Origin: Azolla caroliniana
Lineage: Eukaryota; Plantae; Polypodiophyta
Reading direction: 5' to 3'
DNA length: 64,000 bases
Assembly (NCBI GenBank): GCA_043228905.1
Contig: JBHGNT010000007.1
Span: forward strand, 5,084,001 to 5,148,000
The notes under the pieces are model-generated. The model did not search any database and was not told the DNA's origin. It was given only the letters and a program-made list of their open reading frames with translations. Numbering within the stretch: position 1 is the stretch's first letter; each line of letters begins with the position of its first letter. Positions 49,500-62,500 of the stretch are shown here, one piece after another. Position numbers and translations under genes: made by a program.

Positions 49500-52400
49500 T
49501 ATATAAAATAGTTTGTTGTAATGGCTTGTACTTTGTATTTGGTATACAAGGTTGTGGGTTCAAGGCTTACCGATTCCATTTAATAGGACAAACATTTGAG
49601 TTTGTTTTATATCATGAAGCAATTGCTTCACAACAACGCCACAAGCCCATGACTTGCACCTCGAGTCATGGGTGTCTTTGCCAGTTGTTGAGAAGACTTA
49701 GAAGCCCACAACTCACAACTTGAGGGGTTGAACCATCAAGATGTTGGATGATGGCATGCAATTGTGGTAAGAGGATGAATGTTATTCAAAGATGTTTGTG
49801 ATAAAGGGTCATCAAGAGGTTAGTTGGGTAGGGAAGATCTAATCGAGTCAAAATAGTTTAGGTTTTGTGATATTGTTGTGTGCAAAAGGGCCACACCTTT
49901 CGAAAGGAACAACAATAATGGTTCATTAAAGATCTTCTCGGTCATTGGTAGGTACTTCATACAATAGCATGGATAAGGCATGAGGAGGACCTAACATTGA
50001 AACTTGCGAAATAAACTTTACTCATCCAAGAAACCTAAAAACAAGTGTCAAAAGTTTGTCACTACCGAAGTGGTAAGAGCTCGACTTGATTTATATGGTT
50101 TGAGGGTGGATCATATTGGCCATGGTTTAATCTCTTGTCGGATTGGTGGTTGTGATTGATGACACTTTACGTGGTTGTGTGCATTGACCACCAACCTACT
50201 TCAACCTTGAGGAGTACTTTTTTGTAGTAAACATGGTAACTGGCTACGATGTAATTTAAGAAGTTTGAACTGTGGTCAATTATTGATTGGAGAGGATAAT
50301 CTAAGTCATTTTTTATGTACACATTAACTAAATTAGTCCATTTCATGCAATATTCTATTGTTGTGATGATGCATTGCTTTTAGTTGGACGCCTAATTGAC
50401 TAGACCATAAAATCAAACAGCTGAAAAGCAATTATCAGTTGCAAACGATTGTGGTTGGCTTTAAGTGGGTGCTTAGGGGCCTAACACTCATTATAACGTT
50501 TAACATTCTCATGGCGTTACTTGAAGAGTGTCAACCACCATAGTCCTCCTTGGAGTATCTTGTAGGAAGAGACTTTTGAACTAGAATTTGTCCACTATTG
50601 TGATGGGTTTGTTTCGATCATTGAGATGATGTCGTGATCTTAGACACATATATAAAGGAGATTGTCCTTGCCGGCTTTGTATAGGTTTTCTTATATGATT
50701 ATGAAGAGGTTAAATCATTTTAATAATAATTATGTCACCTCTTTGCTTGGTCTCTAAAAAAAGGGTCCATGCTTTTCTTTGAACTCAAATGATATAAGAT
50801 GCCCATTTTAGGATGACAACTACTAAGAATAAGCTACATTTCGGGCCTCACAATTGATCCAACCTAGAGCTTCCCCATTTGTTGTGGAGTAGTTTTGTTT
50901 AATTGGATTTAGTTTTCAACTAGCAAACATTATAAGGAAATCATCTTCTCATATTTGGATGTTTTGTTGAGATTTTTCACATTGCAAAATCAAATGACTC
51001 TAAATGAACATGGAAATCCTTATCCTGGTCTAGGGACGAGAGGATTGTTCTTGTAAGGACTTTGCTTATTTTACTCTATATTCTTGAACTCTTTGAGTGG
51101 CCTATACGATGACTTTTTCCTTAATAATGATGTCATCCTAATGCTAGTTTTAAACAACACGACTTAATATGAAACCATGGTTAACTCAAATAACATTTGT
51201 GTGGTGGTTTCAGGGATTATTTGTATTCTTTACTCTTCCCAAAGATCTCCTTGAGGTAAGTGAGGTCCCATTTTCAAGTTGTAGCATAAGTCCTCTATAT
51301 ATTACTAGAGCTTTATTCAAGGTTTGATGCAAATATAGATAGTGGTCTGACGTAGGTACAATATGCTCGTTTATGAGCTTTGACATCTAACTGACCTATG
51401 TTATTCGTAATACAAGCTAGGAGGTCTAGCCTCCATCAGCCTTTAAGCCCTTTCGGTTTTGGCATTTTTGTCTATCCAAGCTTGCCATCTCAACAATATC
51501 CAAACTTCCTTCAACTTCTTAGTAGCCTTTTCTACATCTTTTGCTTTGTTGAATATGGTCTTATAATGGACATATTCAAATATGGTATCAATGTCTCTTT
51601 GATTAGTGTTTGCCACACTTTTTAACCTAAATTGCATTTTTTTATAAGGGGGCGAACAAGGCTTGATGTTTGATTGTATCCAGAGAACCAACTGATAAAA
51701 TTATAGGCATCTTTCTCTTTAAAATTCAACATATATTCAGATTTACCATTTTTATTGGGTACAACTATGATCATAGATACCCACCTTCTGCATTCTATGG
51801 GATATTCTATGCTAGTCTTGAGGTTTTCTATTTTCTCATTGACTTGATGAGTGTATTGAGGGTTCTTTGGTTGGGACATTTGTCTTATTGTCCTTACATC
51901 TATTTGCATAGGGATAGTTTGCATCACAACTTCAAGTGGTACCCCTTCATATCTACATAGCTCTATTTAGGTCAAATCAATTGTCATGAAAATCGATTCA
52001 AGGTTTTCAATGTCACTTAAGATCAATTGGCGAAACTATCAAAGGCCACTCTTGACCCCTTAGCCTTTTTAGTAGGTGTTATGTGAGATATTTGTTTGTA
52101 TAATTTGAAATGATCAGGAAAATTCGTATATTGGTCTTGTCTTCTATGTTTGTTGATGTGTCATTTGGAATGGAATCTAACACCTCTCTTAGATTTGCCA
52201 CGGTCATAAGTTTTCATTGAAGTTCGGGATTATCTTGCTAATCAAGGCATATTCATCGATGTCATTCATGATCCTAGTTGTGGATTGAGGTGTTTGGTGT
52301 CCGTGTACCAAGATGGCTAAAGATTTTATCACAACCATTGTTGGCACATTAGAGTTTTATATTCAAACCATATTTCCATTATGTCGGTATACCAGGTTGA

Positions 52401-53000
52401 AGCCTTTTGGCCATGCGATTTGTGGAAACATGTCATGTACCTAGCTCTAATTGTTTTCTTGTGGTGTTGATAGCATAGTACTCAAAGAGCTTACACTTGT
52501 GTGAGAGTCAAATCCTAGGGTCTACATTCAAGACTTAACTTTAGCTACATTGATTTCTATGGACTCAAGTTTGGAGTGTAGGGTGTCTTGTTCCATGGTC
52601 TTTTCTTGGAGGGCCATGCAAAACTCATGCACTATGAGGGCTAATTAGTCCTCTTCTTTAATCTTGTCATACCATCATTTTAATTATTTCTTGATTGCAC
52701 ATAGGCCTAACAATACTTATTCCCAATCCTTCTATAGGATTCTAATGCTTGTTTCTAACTCAAGAGGCTTAAGAGTTTAGAATTGAAGAACTCTTTGGGC
52801 CATTGTCTCTTACATATTGTCTGTGGTTCATGTTGTGTGGTGGGATCCAACCCCATATCCCCTATCAACATGCAATTTTTTATGTTAGGTTTCAACATTT
52901 GCTAGTGAGGCTGGGAAAAATTTCAACAAGTTTGACCATTTCTAGTCTGTCGTCATCATCTTTGTGTGTTTGACTTGACTAGTAATGCTCACTTGTAAAG
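49500..53000 (-). mobile_element. Highly degenerate Ty3/gypsy pol remnant
   Basis: ORFs 51622-51927 and 51443-51691: PIECRRWVSMIIVVPNKNGK..YNFISWFSGYNQ..MQFRLKS resemble gypsy RT motifs (WVSPIV.VPKKNG, FLDGFSGYNQ, MPFGLKN). Boundaries are approximate. Confidence 0.5.
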
Positions 53001-54016
53001 CCTTACTGGTCACATAGAACTTGATTGTCTTTGTGCTCCTAAGTGAGAAAAAACTTAGTGTTTAAAAGAAGAACTAACCTTAGAACTCTCCCTAAGATCC
53101 ATGTAATATATAGGTTATCAATCCTAATGGCTAATTACAAATCCACCACATTAATTGTATCACTCTTTTTGTTGCACACTCAAGAGGGTTCTTGGCACTT
53201 AGTCACACCAACATATTCATCATTGGATTAAATCGAGGTTCATATTGATGGCGATCGTTAACTTCCAAGCCATCCAAACATTGGTTGCGCTAATATTTCT
53301 TGATTATACCTATTTGAATACACTTTTCCTAGTTTGGCTACATTTGCTGCTCATTGCTTATGAGTGAGTGCGCATGAGTCCAATTGTGGACTTTGAAACT
53401 ACATTTTTCAAAAAAAAAAACCGGCTTTAGTTTTATTTGCAACTCAAGCAATTATAAGAAGCATTATATTGCCCAACATTATATTTTTTGAAAACACGCG
53501 AATGAGATCGCTTAAGGCAAATCAAAGTTGTCATGTGAAAAACAATACCCTTCTTCACGAAAATGTTTGATCACATCATTTTTGAGCTTTGCCATTTGCA
53601 AATATTATACGAAGAGGCGAAATCCACATGTATTTTTAAATACTTTGTACCACCGCACCTTTACCAAGTAACCTATGGTATTTTCTCACAGGTTTCCACG
53701 AACGTGTTTCTGTTTCATGGACAAGAAATTTTAAAAGAACATGACCAATTTATTTATTTATTTCGTTGCTGGTTTCATGTTTCAGATGGATGGGCTTTAA
53801 CCCTACGGTGTCTTTCTTCCCAACCCCCCCCCCCCCTTTCTTTCGACTCATTTATCATGAACGGAAGAACAAGCAGAGCCTTGGTCCGTGTCCATCACTG
53901 GGATGAGACCACACCAGACACCAACACCTGTCACCACCTGGGAGGTGGTGTGAAGAAAGAGGCCAAGAAAGAGACCCTTAGAAAAAAGAGAGTGGCCCTT
54001 CCCAAACATTGGAACT

Positions 54017-54018
<2 letters not shown>

Positions 54019-54069
<51 letters not shown>
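54019..54069. repeat. (GA)n microsatellite upstream of Aux/IAA
   Basis: Direct reading; possible GAGA-type element in the promoter or 5' UTR. Confidence 0.9.
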
Positions 54070-54072
<3 letters not shown>

Positions 54073-54487
54073 TGCAATTTTTGTTTTATTTTTCCTTCTT
54101 ATTTATTTATATTATATTATATTATTTATTTATTTATTTTCACTGTTTTTGTTTTTGTTTGTTTTTTTGCTTTTGCTTTTGCCCACCACAAAAAGAAGAT
54201 GGTCCCCCATTTCCTTTCACTCTTCAATTATTGACCACTTTCTGCAAACCCCCCCCCCCCTTCCTCCATAGTTTCTTCTTTCTTCTTCAATTGTCTCATC
54301 TTAGATTCCAAGGAAGCAATCAAGCCCCTGTTTCTTCATCTAATTTCAGTTCAGTAATCCTCTGTTTCTTCTCCTTCTTCTTCTTCTTCTACATCTAGAT
54401 TCCATCAAATAAGTATATCCCCTGTTTCTTCTTCTTCTCTTATCTGCCTCTTTTGCTTTGTTTTATGCCTAGCATTCTTCATTAACA

Positions 54488-56976
54488 ATGGAACCTTCTT
54501 GGCTTCCTCAATACCATCAAACTAATCTCGGCATCAATAATAATAATAATAATAATAGCAGTAGGATTATTAAAGAGCATGATTATATCATAGGCCTTGC
54601 CAATAGTTCCTCCACCTCCACCTCCTACTCCTCCTCTAAATTCACCCATAATACCATGAATCATGACTTATGCAACCTCAACAATACTCATCAGAAAAAT
54701 GGTGATGATGGTGGTGGTGCTGCTGCTGCTGCTGGTCATGATGATGGTGAGGAAGAGGATCACACAGACCTTTGCCTTGGATTAGGCCTCCCAGGCTCTA
54801 GAAACCCAGCGAAAAATGGTACCAATTCTAACAATAGCATCATCATCAAGCCCATCACTACTACTACTAGTACCACTACCACTACCACTACTATCAATTT
54901 AAATCATCCTCATAACAATGGTGTGAAAAGAGGTTACAATGAGGCTATCTTGCTACTAGATCGCTACTCCACGACATTGCCGTCCACGGCCACCAATCGT
55001 CCCAACGATAAATTACCGTGTGAACCTCCTCCTCCTCTTAACAATGATAATGATCCCGATAATACCAATGACAATGCCAATATTACCGGTGGTGTCATCG
55101 GGGTCGGGATCGGTGTAGGTGTAGGTGTTGCTATAGGCCATGGTGCCAATGACCCTCCTCCTGCCAAGTAAGTATATGTCATTAAACCCTAAACCCTAAA
55201 CAACAATTGTTTTTGTGCCCAAGCGATTTTGCTTCCCCCACCACGCATGATGGTATAGTGGTAAAGCTTGTGCTTGCTTGTAACATCCATGGGGTTTTAG
55301 GTTCTAGCCCCCCAAGGTGTTCCATCATGTGTATGAACCACGATCTCGCATAGGGTTGTTCCAAATGGGGAAGGGGAAACCTCTCTACTCCATTTGTAGA
55401 GATGAACCCATCTTTGTCTTTAGGATACAAATCTCAATGTGTGATCATTATGGCAAGAGCCTTTCCTTGGATTCTCAATTTATCATGGGTTGTTAGCTTG
55501 TTGGTTTCACATGTCTCTTAGAACCATCCACTTCTACTGTTGACAAATTATTGGTAGGTTGTTTGGCTCGATGTACACTTTTTCAATCATGTAGTTTGTG
55601 ACTTGTTCCTAAGTTAGGCACACCATGTATGCAAACTCGTGGTAACCATTTTTTATCAAAGTGGACCACTCACTCAGTTCATGACTTATCCTTAGATTTA
55701 TACTTAGGTTGTTCGTCAATTAGTTCTTGCATTCACTAGGTTATTAAATTGTCCTTCGAAAATTCTTATGTACACAACTTGGGATGATTATGGTTACTTA
55801 ATAGCTAGTTGCCATTTGCACTCTCCATAATGTATCATCTTTGTACAAAGTGATAAGTTTTAAATTTTGTTATGATCACATCAATTTGCCATTGCACAAC
55901 CATTGGCCAAATACAATACAATATGTAGACATACACCTAGTGTTTGTGGATATATGAATGATTTGTTCCGCATTTTAGGGATAGAGTCATTGGTTGGCCA
56001 CCAATCCGATCCTATCGAAAGAACACTCTTGTGAAGCCATCCGAGATATTTGTTAAAGTTAACATGGATGGTGTTGCCGTTGGACGGAAAGTGGACCTCA
56101 ATGCACATAATTCCTATGAAGGCCTCCTCTTTGCACTAGAGGACATGTTCTTGCCGTCTAATTCAGGTATGATTGTCCCCCAAGCCCATTTGATAATTCG
56201 GAGAGAACTCAATAATTTTTTACCAAACGATTTTGGTTCAAGCAAATACTCCATGTGAAGAATAAATTGAAACAATTTCCTTATGTGCATGACATTCCAA
56301 AATGTATCTTGCTTATTTTGTTTTGCAAGGAGGAAGTTCTCTAGGTGATTCCAAACATCTCCGGCTCTTGAATGGATCGGATTATGTGCTCACATATGAA
56401 GATAAAGATGGTGATTGGATGTTGGTTGGAGATGTACCATGGAGGTATATTATTATTTTGCACTCTTTAATATTACCTTGTATATGGGTTTTGTAATCGC
56501 ACATGATCAAATCAATAACGTAGCACACCATGAGCTCTTAGAAAATGATAAAGATGAATAATATACTTATGTATGGATTCCCTAATGAAGGGCCCTACAC
56601 CCTAAACCTCTACCCATATGTTTATTAAAACCCTAGATTGTACAACTCAATTTTATTCATAAACCCTAAACTATAATACACAATTATTCGATAAGTTTTA
56701 ACCCTAAACTCTTAGGCATTGTTTTAAACTACACCCCAATTTTAATTGTGGAGATTGTTTCTAATCTTCATTCGTTTTATTATTGTAGCATGTTCACAAG
56801 CACCGTGAAGAGGCTCCGGATTCAACGTGGAGCTGAGTCAATGGGTATTGGTAAGCCCTTGCATAAATAAGTGGGTCTTGCCATAGGTGCGGTTTCGTCT
56901 GACGTTATTCAGTGTGAATGTAGCCCGGGAAGATTCGAAAAACCCACATGATATCTATCAAATATACAAAGTTTAG
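54488..56976 (+). CDS. IAA: Aux/IAA auxin-responsive transcriptional repressor, ~365 aa
   Basis: Exons 54488-55167, 55979-56166, 56330-56444 (acceptor ambiguous), 56789-56850, 56924-56976 (last exon tentative). KEHDYIIGL motif, domain [17 protein letters not shown], degron [21 protein letters not shown]1 domain [17 protein letters not shown] and [27 protein letters not shown]. Confidence 0.93.
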
Positions 56977-58299
56977 CCAATTGCCTTTACATTTGGAATG
57001 GTAACTAAAATCGAGAAACATCTATGCAAAATAGAGGTCCAAATGCTTGGGCATCATCTTCAAATCAAGTGTGACCTATTTTTCTATTAAAATAAAATCC
57101 ACTATTTCCTATTATTTTTGTGGGGCTACCTAAGTTGATTTAGGTAGCTCCTAAAGGCTTTACGAGTTGTTAAAAACTCCAAAACTTACTCTATTTTTAA
57201 GTCTTTTGTATTGATTTTAAAAACTTGATTCTTATGTGTTTGCTATCAAATGTGTGCATGTCAATCAAGAGGGTTAATGAGCATAAAGTTCATAATTTAT
57301 AGGCACGAATTGCCACTCAATAATATAGATATGTTTCTCGACTAATGTAACTATAAGAGGTTGATTGGTAATTAAAAACTTCAAGTGACCATGGCACTTA
57401 CAAGTTGAATGCTAGTTGTGCGACAATTGGCACTAAGATAAGACAATGTGGTTACAATCATAGAAATGACTATAGCTATTTTAAGTTGGAAATTACCATC
57501 TCCCCCAAAGTGAGCTTACTAATCTATATTGATGGCAACTGCCCACTGCTTACAATGTTTCCGCAATGAACGTGAAATTTTTCTATTACATGCCGACATA
57601 ATCGATCCTCAATACCACTAGCCTATTCAAAAGAAAAAAAATTGGTTTTCAAATTCAGTAATGTTGCTACAAAAGTGAGAATTATGTGGACAAAGTTAAT
57701 TGACGATAAACCCCTTAAAATGACGCTCTAAGACGAGGATTCCATTATATCCTCATATGATTCTATACTTAATATTTTTGGGTGATATAAAACTATGTTG
57801 ATGTTCGTTGTTTGAAATATAGATCCAAATATTTATTTGTTGCATTTCCATCATTTGCATTTGTGAACACTTTAATGTCCTCAATTGTTTTCACCACGTT
57901 AGATCTATTGTACACAAGATGCCATTAGAGAGAACATTCAAATTTATACAACATTTTTGGTGAAAGCTTGTTAAGGTCATCAAATACCATTATGATTATA
58001 AACTTCAAATAATCCATCAAAACTTTAAACTATATATACATTTGGTTAAGTAATAAAATTGTTGTTACAAAGCGATGATACATATACATACATGGGCACA
58101 AATGTATACACATTGATTCTCAAGTAAAATGTATCGCACTTAAAGCCTAATAGTGTAAAGTAGTTTGAGTGAAACATTAGAATCTACACTAATCTACACT
58201 ATTTCATAACAATCGAGAAAGATTCGATCTTACCTATTCAAAATGAAAATGAGTTTTAGATGTCTTATAATGTAGTTCCATTACTCTTATTTCCTAGGA

Positions 58300-61200
58300 T
58301 TCTCATCTGTTGTGGATGACGCACATGTGTAATAACTTATAGTGGACCTACACGTACAAGAAAGTGTCAAAAACCCTTTATGTATGTTGTCCATACACAG
58401 ATAAGCATAGGCGTTTCCACACATCTATACCTACAAATTTATTTGTCATGGTAAGGGATGAGGTTGCTTCTGTGGTGATATCTTCATTTTTGAAATATGT
58501 CCTTGAGCAAGTTGATAGAAAAAGCTACTACATAAGCATTATCAACCTTGATGCAAATACTTTTACCTCAAACTTATTCGTGGGGATCTCAATTTTAATA
58601 CACGAGTAAGGTCACATGTCGGCACATCTGCGTCATGGAGAGTCTGCTTCCTCAACTTTCTAGTATCTCTAAAATTTGAACAATGTTTGTCGCAATTCTT
58701 AACATAATTCACAATTTCCTTTTTTCCAGAAATGAACTTGGCAACCCGAGGTTGCTTGTTAACCTTTATTATTGGATGTTTATTGTACATCAATCAATTT
58801 GATAAATGTTGATGTTAAATCGCATGGAATCTCTTGGCACGGTAGCATAGAGAGAATATCACTATCTTTTATTATGTCGACCAACATCCCTCGCATGTAT
58901 ATTTTATACAAATATAATGGTCATCTGACTTTAGTTAATGGATGATTGAGCCTTGTTATGTTGTTTTTACGATTTTTAGTGCATTTGGACTTCAAAGGGT
59001 AAATATCCTAGGAAATGTTGTGGTCTTAATAATCTTGGGTAGTCACACGGAGTACAAATATCCCATCAAGTGTCTTGTCTACTTCCATCGTGCTTGGGCC
59101 ATCTTCTGTTTGAAAATGAAAATGGATAGGCTTTGTGAAATTCATCACAATACCCATTATTAAATATATCTTCCTTATTTTAGTTTGGTTGCATAGTTGT
59201 TGTATCATGTTACAAGAAAATTTCGAGTCTTCTTTATCAAGATATCGTTTTATGCATTTATACAGTGTGACTATGCAGAGTCTGTTCATGACGACATGGT
59301 TTCAATCATAATCAAGATTAATGGCTCTATTCTTAAGTAAATGAGGTAATGTTCACAGATTGGACATTATCTCTTTGTTTTCAAGGTCACTTAGATGTTG
59401 AACTTGTCCTAAACAATTGAAGAGAATCTATTCTACGAAGAAAACTTGGTCAAATGGCCTTATCGATATGTATACAAAAAAATGAGAGGATGATTAAATA
59501 CATCTTCCTCTTTACCATTATCCCGGTTATTAAGGCATTTATGAAGGAGCCATAGATTAAGGACTTTGGTTTTATCATGTCTTCAATATATTTTAATTAT
59601 TAGGCATTGGGAAAGCACGAAAGGTAAGCATTTGACCAACTAACATGCCTTCGATCATTGATATGTAGGCTCCAACATAAGTTCTCCTTGCCTTGAAAAT
59701 CAATTTCTCATTAACATTATATAAAAAAACCATTATCAAGCATTGGAATCATGAATGATTGAGTTTATTATATTTGATATACATATAACTCATTGTCATA
59801 CACATCGCACAAACAACGATTTTCAATATATTTTCTTTCCAAAAACCGAATTTCAATATGTGCAACCTCAAATTTTGGGCACGAGAAATAATTTGTGTTC
59901 TCATTCAAGGGTTCTTTGATGGTGGTACATTGTATGTGTGCATTTAAACATGCTTAAATGATGACACAATGGACAACATTTGTTATTATCATAATATAAT
60001 TAAAATCTTGTGAGTCATACCACAACTATATTGCAGTTTACTAACAAACTACCATCGGAAGGTTTCGTCACATTGTTATGTACTGCAATTGTGCCATGTT
60101 TGATTATCTCACTCTATTATTCTATTAAGCAATTATTGTGCCCCAAACAATGCCCATACTAGTTATATGAGGTCAAACAAAATCTCAAATTTGTATAACT
60201 AGAACTAGTACTTTGAAAGATAAACATGTAATATTACGTGCTATGGACATTTGCATGTAAATAAGATGGTAAGATTTTAATTTACGGTTCAACCTCCAAA
60301 TGAAGTCTATGTAGTACGAAGCTAGTAAATGTACAATGTTGTTTTAGTGTATTCATTTTCGTTTTCTTGTGGCACAAAGAGTGACAAATAATATGAACTG
60401 AAGTGAATGTCACTCACACAAAATACTCTTAAAAGTATGTTGTAAGTTTCTTCCTAGTAAGTCGGGCGTAATTATACCACTCTAACATATGAATCTACCC
60501 ATTTCTTATATACATAATACTTGGTACTTTTATCTAGTGTAAAACTAAAGATCTACAAAAAAGAAAGTCATATCCCCCCCTTTTCATCTTTTGTCTGCAC
60601 GAACAATATTCTGCATATCTTGCTTCTACTCTTATTATTCTGCGTTATACAATTGTTCTTGGTTACGCAACCAATGATATGATCCTTGCTAGTTTTAGAA
60701 AAATCTTTACGTGGTTGTTCTTGTTTATTAGGAATCATCAAATGTTCATAGCAATGGATCAACAAATTCCGTTCTCTATTTATAAAGGTTATTTTGTATT
60801 AGATAGGGAAAGTTATTTCATATTTATGCTTCCTCATCATGCTCATCGCTTTTTAGTAAGGCCCCTCAAAGGGTAGGTTACTTTCACAATTTTTTCCTCT
60901 CACTACCTCACATTACATTTTGAAGGCAATTGGTTCACCATGATCTTTTAATCGACATGTCATGTTGTCAATAACTTAGAAGGAACTTCAACTTTGTTCT
61001 CTAGTTTGGCACTATAACTTAACAATAGATGTTTCATTGGTACTTGTATAACCAACTCATGGCTAACATCTTCGTGTTTATTAACCAATCATCATATGCT
61101 CCCATCTAGAAAATTCAATTCACACCAAATTATAGTTCTTCATGAATATGTATACTACACTCTTCATTATGAAATCTATAGAGAACCAAAGATAAGACTG

Positions 61201-62500
61201 AAGGAACATATATTACATTCTTCTATCATATCCATGCCTTATTATGTTTAGGAATACAAGGAAACATACATCTAGGAAAGTATCATATAGTAATGCCTTT
61301 TGTGTTGAAACCACAAAAGAAAATCAATTTGTATTAGATAGTATAAAGTTGAAAAAGGCACTTATACAAGCATTGCTACTATATCTAGAAATAAAGTGAG
61401 GAGTGTTTCCATTGAAATTTCAATCACAACATGAAGCACAATATGGACATGTAATGTAGCCCACTTATTTGAAAGATAGAAGCCCATGACAAATGGATAT
61501 GTTACATGTATAGAAAGAAAATCTCGTGAAATGCAAAGAAGACTAGTTGATGTTTATGTTTTTTATTGAGGGAAAAATAAGAGCTTCACTGTACGCATCC
61601 AAATAAAATAAAATGGTGGCAATAGTTAGACATCCATGTCGGTAGGAGTGATTACTTGCATACATCGGAATCCTAGTAGGTGAGAACATAGACTTTACAT
61701 GTGCCTACCAAAAAACCTTTGGTCAATATAAAATTTACATAAAATATTGAATGTTACAGGTTAATTCTTGTGTGTTTCTTTAACTTCTGAGTGAGCTTGT
61801 CAATGTTAAAATGCCAAGGATATGCTCTCTATCTTTTATTTGTTGGATCTATAGTTGTGGCACATTTTAGCATTTACGATCATTGTATTCCAAGTTAGTT
61901 ACATTCAATAGATCACAGTAAGCACATTTCTCGAACATGTTTTACATTATTTATTGCTCTCTTTTTTACAGGTTGTGAAATTTAAGATATATTCAATGCC
62001 CTAGTAATAATGCCATAATCGGAATAGTGTGTGAAAATGAGTGAATATGTGTAGAGCATAGGACAACTTAAAGAATTTGGATGATGTTGATGATATCTTG
62101 TCGGCAAGTTTCAGAAACCGAGGTGTATCCAATAGGTAAGGTTTTTCCATGCAAGATACTTTGAATAACCACATAACCCATGTACAAACTATCCGAAAGG
62201 TTTTTGATCTTATATTATGACATATTAGCTCCAGAAATATTACACTCAATTTGTGTTGTAAATGAGTATGTTAAGGTCAATACTCACGAGTCACAATATA
62301 GTCTTCGACATGCTATACTTTTCCATGGTCCATCCAACTACATTAGATATAATGAGGTTGGCTTCAATATCCACAAAGTAAATGGAAAACATTTCAATGT
62401 GGCATCAACAATTAAAAATTGATGTATTGGAGAAATAGATCTCATGCAACATCAACATTTACGATTTGACATAGCCTTGTATTCATCAATTAATCAACAA
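58300..62500 (-). mobile_element. Highly degenerate Helitron-like Rep/helicase remnant
   Basis: Faint minus-strand traces: a WTT..KG.TLS segment (WA.TIHKSQG.TL-like, ~58365-58400) and WVMWLFKV..PYLLDTP (~62120-62180) in Rep-then-helicase order. Riddled with stops. Confidence 0.3.

Noticed and set aside
54009-54398. 129-aa ORF with ER repeats and a Phe-rich hydrophobic stretch
   Set aside because: Translation of a (GA)n microsatellite and T-rich promoter/UTR sequence.
55183-55200. Telomere-like AAACCCT repeats (also ~56600-56710 and ~19660-19960)
   Set aside because: Only 1-2 units each; common telo-box-like motifs, not an interstitial telomere array.
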